Source: Choristocarpus tenellus KU-1152 (taxonomy: Eukaryota > Protista > Phaeophyceae). Taken from it: DNA of 47,472 nucleotides. Positions 25,701 through 37,700 of the stretch are shown piece by piece (within the stretch, counting starts at the first letter, position 1; every line of letters begins with the position of its first letter). The notes below the pieces were generated by a model. It ran no database searches. It was not told the DNA's origin and saw nothing but the letters and a program-made list of their open reading frames with translations. The translations under genes were made by a program, and so were the position numbers. The DNA lies in the NCBI GenBank assembly GCA_964200185.2, contig CAXNAD020000016.1:1-47472 (forward strand). Reading direction: 5' to 3'.

Positions 25701-28700
25701 GATTTCTCTTGTTGTCTTGCTGATACAAGCTGCTGTCAGAATTGATTCTGACCATGTAAAACCCAGGCAGTATTGGGTGGTGTGTGTTGTGTGTGTATTT
25801 CCTTCCGAACACAGTGAGTAGTCCTATCATAACTAGTCCTGTCATAGTTACCTCAATGATAATACAGTGAGTAATCTTATGATAGTTTCCTCAGTGACAT
25901 TGAATTGGCACTTTCCACCCTCCCTAAAGCGTTGGAGATATGCATGTTAATGATTCATGGTGGTAACTCTTTGTTGGGTTATTTGTAAACACTGTCTTAG
26001 GGGCAAGAGTATGAGATGTTTGAGGACCAGCGTCGGGAGGCAGACGCACGTATCTTGATGCTTCAGGATGATCAGAGTCTTCTTACAGACAGGTACTGTT
26101 GATGTAATTGTGTTGCTGCGTGATTTTGATGTATTTGTTGTTGATTGGATTGTGATCATTTTTATGTTTATCACTTCAACTTGGTGGTGTGTACTACCCA
26201 TGGTAACAGAGCTTGGCAATCAGTAGATTGAATCTGTGGTATTTTTTCTATGCCAACATGCTTTGTTGATATTTTAGTGTATAACTTGGCCATACATCTC
26301 GCTACATTTTGGTGTGAGTTTCATCTTATTGTCCTCTACAAGATCTTCAACTAGGGCTGTGGCATGATAAACATCTTGCAGAGAACCAATAGGTTAATAT
26401 TTTATTTTTGGGGGTTGTTGGTCATGCTGTCTGCATTCTGTTACTCTTTTGGGAAATAACTGCTCCATTTTGCAACCTGTTAATATATTTTTGTAAAATA
26501 CCTTTTACATTGTTTTTTATTGCCTGACTTGAGAAAGTGGTATGCTAGTACCACAGCATTATCCAAAATGTCATTCAAATACATAATCCATGTGTTGAGT
26601 ATGGATAGACCCTTGGTCAACTCTCCCCCCTCCACTTTTTATAGACCGTCCTTACTATTTTTATTGTTAAACATAATAATAACATATTTTCCATTTGATG
26701 GCGGTTGGGTGAACTGTATTGTACTCTACAGACTCAGAGGCGTTTATGCACTGTTGGGCAAGGAGGGAGATGATGAGGATGACAGTGACACTGGTGCCAA
26801 ACACCAAAGTGTCATCTCCCAACTGGTGCAGCTACAAGAATATGCACGTGACACTGAGGTGGGCATTCACTCATCAGCATACAGTTGTAGTTCAACTTGT
26901 GCCCCAAGTGTACAGTAGCTCTTGAACAGAGTGCTTACCAAGGTTAAACGGACTTTCAAAAAGATGGGTGCGATTTGACTTGATCATTGTGCAGTTTTAT
27001 ACTGCTGTAGTGATGACGTGGATACAACCTAGTAGAAGTACAGCATTATTTCATATATTTTATCTCTGTGACCCAGAATTGTCACTTTTTTTGTTAATCC
27101 TGGAATATGTGGAATGGTAACAAGTATGATTGATGGCACAATTTGGCAGGTGACAAGTAAGGAGGATGGGGAGAGCAACAGTATGAGGTTAAGTTCTCTT
27201 GTAGGGTTATTTTTGATGTATGTTGGTGTGGTGATAGATGCATGTCCATCATGTGCAACTACAGCTTCGCAATGGATGGACATGTGATTTGACTTTTCCC
27301 ATAAACAGGTGAAGCTTTCTGAGACTGAGACTAGACTGGAGGAGGCAAATGCAAAGTTGCAAGGTGCAGAAAGTGATTTGGAGGAGGAGCATGCTAAGCT
27401 TGAACAAAAGCACACCAAGCTTGAGCAAATGGAGAGAAAAGTGAAGGAGATGGAATATCTTCATGGTGAAGGCAAGTTAGTATGTTGGAAGCAATGCTGT
27501 AATGTGAGTACTATTTACTCACTAGAATGTACAGCTACAGTTTGATTTAATGGTCCGATTGAGTGATTAGGAATGTGCGTGCCTGTTATGATTTTATGTG
27601 GTATATTTTTGTACCATGTTGGGTCTCTGTTCTGTTGCTTCAATTAGTTTTGATGATGGGGTATGTTACTACATGATGAGTATATATTTGACATCGCTAA
27701 GAGCAAAGTATACGGTACAGAACGGGTTGTGTATAGCCTCAAGAAGTGGAATCAGAAGGAGATGTATCTTGCTTTTCATTGTTTCATGTGTCCTTTATGC
27801 TGTGTTTGGACAGTCAATATTTGTTTTGGTGTTAAGGTCACCCCACATCATGCATGGGATTGTGTTGGTGTTGTCTTGGAGTGTTGAAGTGGTGCCAACA
27901 TGGACAAGACATGAGTGAACCTTGACTTTGTAAATTTACTATGTACTTTGGTGTGATACTTGGTGCCCTTTTACAGCACAATATGTGCCAGGCTGTGATT
28001 GAGTTGAGTGACAATAATTTATTAATATTTTTCCAATGTATAATGCGCAGGTTGGTGTGACAATGGGTTGTCATGATTACATTATCATAGACATACCTTG
28101 TTTTCTGTTTGAATTTTGATCTCCCCTGTTGAGCAGCAATATCCCAAGCATCAGAGCAAGCCAGAAAATGTGAAGCAGACCTGACTGCCAGAGCTGAGGC
28201 CGCAGAGCAAGTCAACAGATGTGCCAAGGAGGAGCAGGAGTCCTTGGCAGTAACCCTTAAGAGTTTGGAGGGAAGTATGCAGGCTGCAAAATTGGTGTGG
28301 CACAACACAGAGAGGACGAAGTTGGATGAGATCTCACATCTTCAGAGTCAACTACGCACCTCTGAAACTGCTCTAATGGAAGCCCATGGGCAGCAGCAGA
28401 CCCTGGAGAGGGCTTTGAATGAGCTTGAGGGGCAGTTGGAGACACAGCGAGTAGTGGAAAATGATGTCAGAGGGGTCCTGGCAAGGCAAGAGACTGAGCT
28501 AAGAGAGCTTCAGGACCAGATCGATGTAAGGGAAAAGACCCTTAAAGATGCTCAGGAGCATACTCAGGTTAAGCAAGAGGCCCTGGAGGAGGCTGTGAGG
28601 GGACTGGAGGGTCGACTCGAGGCCCAGATGGTGGTGGAAAAGGAAGTCAGGCAAGCTCTTCAAAAGAGCAAGGGTGAGCTTGCAGAGCTTCAGAGAGAAG

Positions 28701-31700
28701 TTGGGGTCACAAAGGAGGCCCTTCAAGAGACAAGGAAGCAGGCCCAGGGGCAAGAGAAGGAGTCACAAGAGGCTTTGGTTCACTTGGAGAAGACACTGGA
28801 GGCCTCAAGAGAGGGTTGTGCAGAGGTTGAACGAGCGCTGGGTGAGAGGGAGCAGGAGGTGGCCCTGTTGAAGGACAAGGTGGAAGCTGCTTGTGAGGCA
28901 GAGCGTGAAGCAATTAAGGACAAGGGTATGCATTTGGTTCAAGTTACGGAGATGGAGGAGAGGATGAGGACAGTGGAGGAGTCTAGGAGAGTTCTCGAAG
29001 AGGAGCTGACGGTTGCTAAGAATACCTTGGTGGGGGTGAAGGGTAAGGTGGAGGCTGCTGAGGCTGCAAAGGAGGAGTCTAGGAGAGCGCTTGAAGAGGA
29101 ACTGATGGTTGCTAAGAATGCCTTGGTGGGGGTGAAGGGTAAGGTGGAGGCGGCTGAGGCTTCAAAGGTGGAGGCTGAAGAGGCTTGTGTGATGCATGGA
29201 CAGAAGGTCACAACACTACAGAATCAGGTTTGAAAGCTGACTGCATTGCTTTTCAAGTCTGATACAATAGACAAGCTATGTAGTTTTTGTTATGGAGATG
29301 AAACTTCGAGATACTTCCAGCTTCATTTTGTTGCTATTAATGTTTATTATTTTAACCTTTGTGGCAAGTATGTTGTACACTATTTTAATGCTTGACTTTA
29401 CCTGGCATTCCATTTTTAGATATTCTAAGTGAAGCATCCCAAAGTTTTAATTCCCATATTCTTTCTTACCAGTTTGGTGGCGAACATGCGATGATAAAAT
29501 TTTCCGCAGAAAATGGTGCATTAATTTCGGAAAAATCAATTATTGAATCATTAATTATGCTTTAAACGTCCAGGAGCATCTGCTATATTCACATCACATA
29601 AAGGATGAGAGATGAGAGAGCTTTTGAAAAAAGTTTCATAAGATCCATAGTGTTAATAGTTGTACAGTAATAGACAATTAAGCGGTGTCTTTGGCAAGGG
29701 TTAGGGTTAGGGTTAATTAGAATATGTTTTCGTGTCTTGTTACCATACTTGTAGAGTGATGAGCATGCTTTTGGACTATGCCTTCCTGGGGTGTGGCAAC
29801 ATAGTATTTGGGTTTTGTATGAGGTGGGGTACATGGTGTGAGGTTATTGTTTTAAGCAAAGCGTGTATTGGAGCCTATTTATTGAGTCAAGATGTTCGTA
29901 GTCTCTTTGCAACACAATTAGAAGGTACAATATATTCTTAGCAAGTAGTGAGTGCTATGGTTGTATGGCCATGACAAGTGATGCATGGTCAATCTGACCA
30001 ATTTCTAGGAAAGGAAATTTCCATCAGAAATCCCTGATTGGTCTCAAGGAAGAACTGGCTGTGTTGATATTGTTCCTGCATGTTAGGCTGTCAAAATTTT
30101 GGTGTGGAAAAAATTCAAATGGTTTTTTAAGTCTTTTGATATTCTGGTCAGTAGGGGAAAAGATCTCCCACAAAAATTGGCGAGATTGAACTTTGTATTT
30201 TTGACATTTGTTTGTACATGCCTTGATTACAACCCACACATAACCATCTCCTTGCAATTGTGGGATTCTTAGTATGTGTTGTTGGACTCTCCCCTAGCTG
30301 CCTTTGGAGAGCCTTGAAACCATGCTGCCAGTGGTTGGGATTAATAACAATGATGCTTATGATCCCCCCTATTATAGATAGATTCATACTCTCCTGCGGT
30401 GTATGTTAGGGTTAGGGGAAGAATGCAAGAAGAAGGTACTCGGCATCCACAAACGCCATCCCACACTGGTCCCTATTATTTGTTCTGGCATTGCATTATG
30501 TGATTATGTTGCTACCTTAAACTTGATCACATGTGTTGCAATGTATTGTTGATGAATGTTGATGCTGCTGCTCTTGTTGTAGGTGGATGCCGGACAGGCA
30601 GAGCTTACTGCAACTGTCAGCTCATTCCAGGAGCAGTTCAATAGCATGGCACAGGAGACAAGAAAGTTAGAGAGGGAGCGTGATACACTCACCAAGCAGG
30701 TACAGGCGGCTGTACGGCAACGGAACCTTCTCAAGAAACAGGTGGGGGTCATGATGATGTCATTGATCTGTCCCTTTCCTTTACCCCTCTCTGCCATCTT
30801 AAATAATCATTTCTAACTTCCTCTGTTAGAAGTATTCTTATGACACCAATCAATAGTGTGGACGGACCTCTTATCTTTAAGCCTATTGGTGGGCATTTTG
30901 TCCCCAATTGCTGTGAAGTTGACTTCAAGTATTATTACATGAACGGTATGAGGTGAAATGCTGAAAATACCAATCTACACCTTGTGTTAACTCAGGTAGA
31001 GATTCACGTCAAAGGCATTGAGGAACAAGCAATTTCCCATCATGAACAGGTCAGCATACCCTCTTCACTTTATTTCTCCACTTTCTATATATTTATTATT
31101 TATTGTTGCTTTGGTCCTTGATGCTGTTTGGTGGCCAGTGTATTTTTTTGCTCAGGTTTTACATATCAGGGATGAAGGACAAGACTTTTGGTGTGAAATT
31201 TTTCTGAGAGTAATTCTCGTTTTTTGTTATGAATTTGTTATGCATATCCCAATATCCTACACTCATCTGTGAAGGTATGGTTATTTTGTTGCCTAGTTTT
31301 GGTTTAGAAAAAAGCAGTAACGTCTCTTCCTTAACAGTAAAGCAGGCTAGTTTTTGTAGGAGAGATTTGATCTTGTCTGCCTGTCTACAGTAGTTTTTTT
31401 TTGTTGGTTGTGATAGACATGTACAACTTGTTTTCAGCCTCGAAACCCCCGGAGTGTTCAATAGGTGTTTTTCTTTTACATCTCATGCCATACTGCTTCT
31501 TATGTGTGATGTGTTCTTAAAAGGTGAAGAAGGCAGAGGTGCTAAAGGCTAAGCTGGAGGAGGAGCAACATCTCCGAGCAAGAGAGGTGTGTACTGGGGT
31601 TGGCAATGTAATTTATGTTTAGTTTGTGGTGTATAGTTGTAGTGATTGTACAATCTTGAGGTTTACACCCTTTGGCATTATATCTTGCCTGTTTAATCTG

Positions 31701-34700
31701 TGCATTTAATTCAATATTTTTTGTATCTCTCTCTCTCTCTCTGTCTCTCTCAATGCACTACTGCAAACATGTGCTTACTATAGTCAATTCCAACAAAGAT
31801 GGTGGTTATGGTGGTGATGACACTTACATACTAATTGTGCTTGTGTGCTTGAATGATGAGATTGCAGCACTGTGTTTGTGAAAAGGGGTTAGGGGCACTT
31901 TGGTGTTGTATTGTAGCATTTGTCCACAATGCATGAGTTCTTATTATCACAGGATAGTGTCGTTTTTGCTTGAATTGTGGTGTAGTGGGCAAGATGGGTA
32001 CGTGAAATAGTGGCAAGTGTATTGGATAAGCTGTGCCCCTGTTTTACATCAGTTGTATGTTTTGGATAATTTTTTACATGCAATGTATGGGCATGTAGGC
32101 CATTCCTGGTGTGGATGTGTTCTTGACAAGGTATCCAACAGAGTTATTGAGAGTATTCAAGCCTTTACAGTATTGACTTGTATACTATCTGGAGGACTGA
32201 CTGGTACTGTAACATACATGTCAGTGCATTGGTTGTGAAGCTCTGTCAAACCTGTGATGGGTACATCATCCCACCCTGACCACAATGGTAAAAGCCATAC
32301 TGTGTTTGTTGATTCTTGATTCATTCTAGATACAAGTGGTGCACTAGGTGTTTTGTACATGGTAACATTTTTTGTGATCTCAGTTGAGGGTTTTTCAATT
32401 TTTCAATGCTGTAACTCCGCAATAGAGCTGTCTTTAGTCTACCTGATCAAGCTGGCTATATTGATGACACAAGCACACAGATTTGTTTGATTATTTTTTT
32501 TATCACTTCATTTCTAGTTGTATTGTTGTGTTGACATGTGGTGACCTTGCTGTCTTCTTTTTTGTTAAGTCAAAGAAGATTGAGATCAAGAGCAACCAGC
32601 TTGCTGAGGCCCTGGAGCTGAGGCTAAAGGAGGTAAGGGCATGTATAATGTTGGTGTGGTGTGGTGTGGTGCAATCAATCTCTCTTTTTTGTAAATCCCC
32701 CTTTTGGATGTAAGGGATGTAAGTAAATATTATTATTATTATTATGGACCCTTTAACCTGCTCGAGGTGTTTGTCATACCAAGTGTACTATACTCCATGT
32801 TACATCGATTTCAAGAGCAATAATTTGGATAAGTATCAAAAAGCTTTTTATTTGCTTTCAAATGTAGTGTTAATATTAAATATTAACTATTAACTATTTC
32901 TGGTGCTGACATAACAGTGTTAAGCAGTTGTCCAAGTACCATTGTCATTGTTCCATATCATCTGTGAAACCCTATTCTCTAGATGTGACAATAAGACAAT
33001 AATGTAGGCAACATTCCACAAATATTGTTTTCTTTTTTTAGCTATGTGCATTGAATTGAGGCGTTGTGTAACTCCTCTACTGTACAGGACATGTAATGGT
33101 AAGGTAGCCAGTGTCGCATGTAATTGGAGGTGTGTTTGAACTGCCTACTACATGTTAGAGATTGTTGTTCTTGGGTGGATGTGGATGTAGATGTGGGCCA
33201 ATGTTGTTTTGAATGTGTTCTTTGTCATATCCCTTTCACTCACAGGAAAAAGAAGTGCAAATCCTCAACAAGAAGCTGGCTGATGCAGAACAGCTACTGA
33301 CAGAGAAGGTGAACACACAGAACACACAGCATTTACTAGTTAATTGACTTATTTGTTGGGGGGGGTTGATCATGGTAATGCTTTCTGGGTGTGTACTGAG
33401 CTAGGTGTGATTGTTTCCTTTCAACTCCTAGGTGGTGATTGAAGTACACGTTTTTTTAGTGTTTCTAATAAAATATATATAAATATAAATATATATAGCA
33501 GGTCTGAAGAGTGTCCCAACCTCTTACCTTTTTGTCCCCTTCCTTTTCCTCTGTGGTGTTCACTTGTGGTGTGTGTTAATAAAAAGACTGAGGCTTCTGC
33601 ATACCTGTCTTCACAGCTTGCTGGGGCTCAAGATCAGCACCTTCAGAAGGTGAGATTGGTTGTATTTGATCAAAGTTTGTGGATGCAGGTATTGCCATGT
33701 GCCCTGATACCTTGTTGACCAATAGATAGCCTTACATACTCTCTGTATACCGTTGAGTTAGAATCACTCTTATTTTGGTACAGTCACTGAAAGAAGCAGG
33801 TGGAAATAGTTCATAGTCTCAATTGTGAACAGGAGAGTGCATCAGTTCATTATTGATTGATAAAACTGCAAAGAGTGAAGAGACCAACACAGGCTTACCA
33901 TAAATCTGAGAGTTATTACAACCAACTTGGTATCTTTGATGGTGTCAACCCCCCATTGGTTGGCCTTGCGTTTATGTTGACATTCCTCTTAGGTTAAGAG
34001 ATTGGAGATGCTAGAGAGTGAGCTCTGCAAGGTAGAGAAAAAACAGGCAGAGGAGGTGAGATTTGAAATATATATAGTAGTTGAAAATGGTAAAAAATAT
34101 GTTGGATTCTCAATAGGACTTGGGAATGAGATTGGAAAGAGAGGGAAGAGGTCTGAAGTAGAAGGAGGGGCAGGTGTAAGAAGTAGTGATAGTATCCATA
34201 GCATGGTTAACCAGGTATCCAAGGGCAGGACCAGTGGCAGCGAGGGCTATTGTGATACATCCTTGTACAGACAGGATGCGATGTACCCACCTATTGTCTT
34301 GAAGTGTCACACTGCAAGTGTAATGGATAGTTGTTTTTTGTTCAAGAAGGGTTAGATTCGTATGATGTGTACATTGTGATTCATTTTATTGGATTATTTT
34401 CTAGGGGGTCCAAGTATGCTTTTCAATGTACATTGTGCTTGGATGAGGAATGTACAGGCCCTGGTTTAGAGTATATTGACCTCACTTCTTGAACATTTTA
34501 GAGGCACTGTTCAAAATTGATGCCGATTTTAGAGCAAAGATGACTTCATTACATCGTGTAATACAATTCTGGGATAACTGTGTAAGTTGATAGGCTGTAA
34601 ATGAAGGTGTCGTGTTCATAGTGCTCAAAGATTGTTCTTCTTTGATGGGGTGTGCTTCGAAATGGGTTGTTTGTAGTTGAGAGGACAAGTGCTGGGGTGT

Positions 34701-37700
34701 GAGAGATGTGTTGGGGTGTCTGCGTAAGGAATTAGTTTCAGTATCCCTGAGGCCATCCTGCCCTGCCCTTGCAACTTTTTGTCAGATTCATTGTAAGTAT
34801 TCATGTCCTTCGTGTGTATAATACACAGAACAAACATGTGGTATCTGAAGCCTGTTGGAAGCATGCCATCACAATTGGGGGGGGGGAGGGGGGGGATTTC
34901 AAGTCNNNNNNNNNNAAACAAACACTTTGTGTGTTTCTGAGGCGGTCTGGACCTCACCCAGCAGGGGGGGGGGGGGGGGGGGGGGGGGATTTCAAGTCAT
35001 GATGGGATTCAGACTTGATGCAATCTTCAATACACCTCAGTTCCTGTCCCCAACCTTTTTTTCCCCCTGTTGTAATCTATTTTGTTGATCCATACCATTC
35101 AAAGTTTTTGTATATATACTGATGTTGTCACCTGCCTTCCCTTCCTGTTGGTCACATCACACTTGCCTGTGGCCTTTCATGGTTTGAAGTTGGTGGAGAT
35201 GGACTCTCTCCGGAAAGAGGCTGCTGAAGCACATCACTTGTGGAACCAAGAGGTAACGCTCCTGTAGACCTTTAGGTGCAACACAAAACTGGATCAGGGA
35301 TTATGTTGCTTTAATAATGTATTTTTTTTGCGTGGAGTATTTCAATGTGTGAAAGGGGGGCACACTTGATTTACTTGCAATGCTTGTTATGTAGGTAAGT
35401 TTTATGGTGGAATCTCCAACTGCTCTGTTGATGGGTTTTTTCTGTTACGTGGTTGTCCACTCCCGAGGTGAGGAGATGGTCAGATGGAAAAATTGGGGTT
35501 GATTTGTAGTCCCTTCATGCAAGTCAGAGTATTGTTCAATATGTGCTTGTTGAGTTCAAGTGTATCTCACCCATGTTCCTCACCTTCTGCCCTTCAGGTG
35601 GAAAAGGCAAAGGTCAAGGAGGCAAGACTTGTAGAGTTACAGAAGCAGTCGGCAGAACAGGTACAGTACTTCATTGTGTATTTAGTTCATTTGCTTGTTG
35701 TGGGTGTGGTATATACCTTTGGATGTGGTACTACTTTGTTGGTTCCTTTTGTAGTGCTGTGTGACTACAGTGTGACTACAATCGTATACATTTTATTCCA
35801 GCTTACCCCTAGGAATGGTTTGGTTAGTGTGCAACACCTCTAGTAATCTAAAGCAGTTGTAAGTAGGTTGTATAATGTTGATGGTAATTGGGTCAGGGGG
35901 GGGTTGTGATGATGAATATACTGCTGTGAATTTACTCTTACTGAGAGCAGTCACAAGGTAATTTGGAGTGGGGAACGTTACAGTTACTATAATTATAATG
36001 ATTTTTGCAGTGGGTTGTGTTGGTTCCTGTTTGTATTCCCATGCTGTACTCACTACGTTACACCGTCACATGTGGTATAAAGGTTCTTGAGTTGGGGCGC
36101 CTGCAGGAACAAGTTTTAGAGGGCAAGCATATTCGAGAAGAGCTCCTCCACGTACAAGGACTCAGGAAGGAGGAGAATGCTGAGCTGACCTACCTAAGGC
36201 AACAGGTTGCTGAGGTAGATCATTTAAGAGGGGAACTCGCTCACATGGAAAAGCTCAGGGAGCAAAGTCCTGACATTGACCATATACGGGAGGAGGCTAC
36301 ACGGGTCAGACGCATGGAGGAGGAAGTCGCCCACTTGGAGGTCTTGAGACAGCAGCAGGTGGCCCAGGTGGAGGGTCTTAGGCAGGAGCTAGCCCGTGTT
36401 CAGAACCTTAGAGGGGAGGAGAGCCCTGAGGTTGGCCAGCTGAGGGACCAGGTGGATGAGGCTTGTGAGGTGAGGCAACGTGTGGTGATGCTTGAGGAGG
36501 AACTTTCACAAATGCAGGGGTTAAGGCAAGAGGTTGCTGAGGTAGAAGAGCTGCGACAGCAGGCTGCCGAGGTAAGTAGGTTGAAAGAGGAGCTGCAGCA
36601 GGTTAATGAGGCAAGGGGGGATGAAGAGAAGGCACAGATAAGGCGCTTGAAGGAGGAGGTTAGTGAGATAGAGAAGATGGGACAGGCTAGTGTTCAGGAG
36701 GCTATGCGGTTGAGGGAGGAGCTTGGTGAGCTGCGGGCGCGAAGGGAGGAGGAGGTGACTGCAATGCAGATGGAGAGGGAGAGGGGGGTTAGGGAGGTGG
36801 AGGATTTGAGAATGCGGCTAGCGGAGATGCAACGCAGCCTACAGGTAAAGGGGTACAAAAGGAGTGCAACTGAGAATGTAGTTTGGGTATTTGACTGTAT
36901 TCGACTATAGTGAACTTGACTTTGTCGATACCACTAGTAGTTGTAGTCGGTGTGTGGACTGATCATTACATTATCCCCATTTAGATGTCAACCCAAAGTT
37001 GGCATCTAGCCCTAACCCTCTGAGGTCTGAGTCTGAACTGCAATTTTTCTTCTCTGTTAAAATTGTCACCATGTACAGGCAACAGTGGGAACAGCGCAGC
37101 CTGAATACCATTTGACTTTTTTGGACTCTACATAGTGTTTCAATCATTACATTTCAAGTGGGTTAAAGGAATGAGGTTGGTAATGCAAGTAGAGGCTGTG
37201 TCGTGTTTGTTTTAACGCCCTCCAATGATATGAAACTCCTGGTCATGTTATGTCTCTCGCCATGCATGCTATTGAGCATGTGTTTGTTCTGGGTTGGAGA
37301 TTCACTAAGCATTTGGTTGAAGGGTTTCATAAAGCCTTGAAGGAAACGTATGCTGCCATCTTACACGTATACCAAATCAAATGCTCGAAGAGATACTACA
37401 CATTCCTCCAACGCTGGAGTTGTCTATTCTCATTGCTGATGTCTATTATGCTGTTTATCTGTTGGTAACTTGAAAGGTGAACGAGGGGAAGATTGCCCAA
37501 GAGGGCCAAGAGGTCCAGGGAGAGGTGAGGCTAAGATACTCTCTGACAATTTTTCGCCTCTCATAGTCATTAACACACCAAAGGCTGGACCAAGTGATGT
37601 TATGAATTTTCAGGAGTGATACGGATGGAAGTGGTCAAGATGGTACAGTGCAGTATATATAGATTGTTTCAAAATGAACACACTTAATTGTTTTTTGTTG

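Noticed and set aside
27150-27180. Possible extra small exons at 27150-27180 and 37614-37642
   Set aside because: Their phases are incompatible with the flanking exons.
27838-29211. Minus-strand ORFs overlapping coiled-coil exons (also 27029-27464, 40344-40812)
   Set aside because: Antisense shadows of biased coding sequence.
34877-34997. Duplicated poly-G/atttcaagtc as a real G-quadruplex repeat
   Set aside because: It straddles the N gap, so it is probably a scaffolding overlap artefact.
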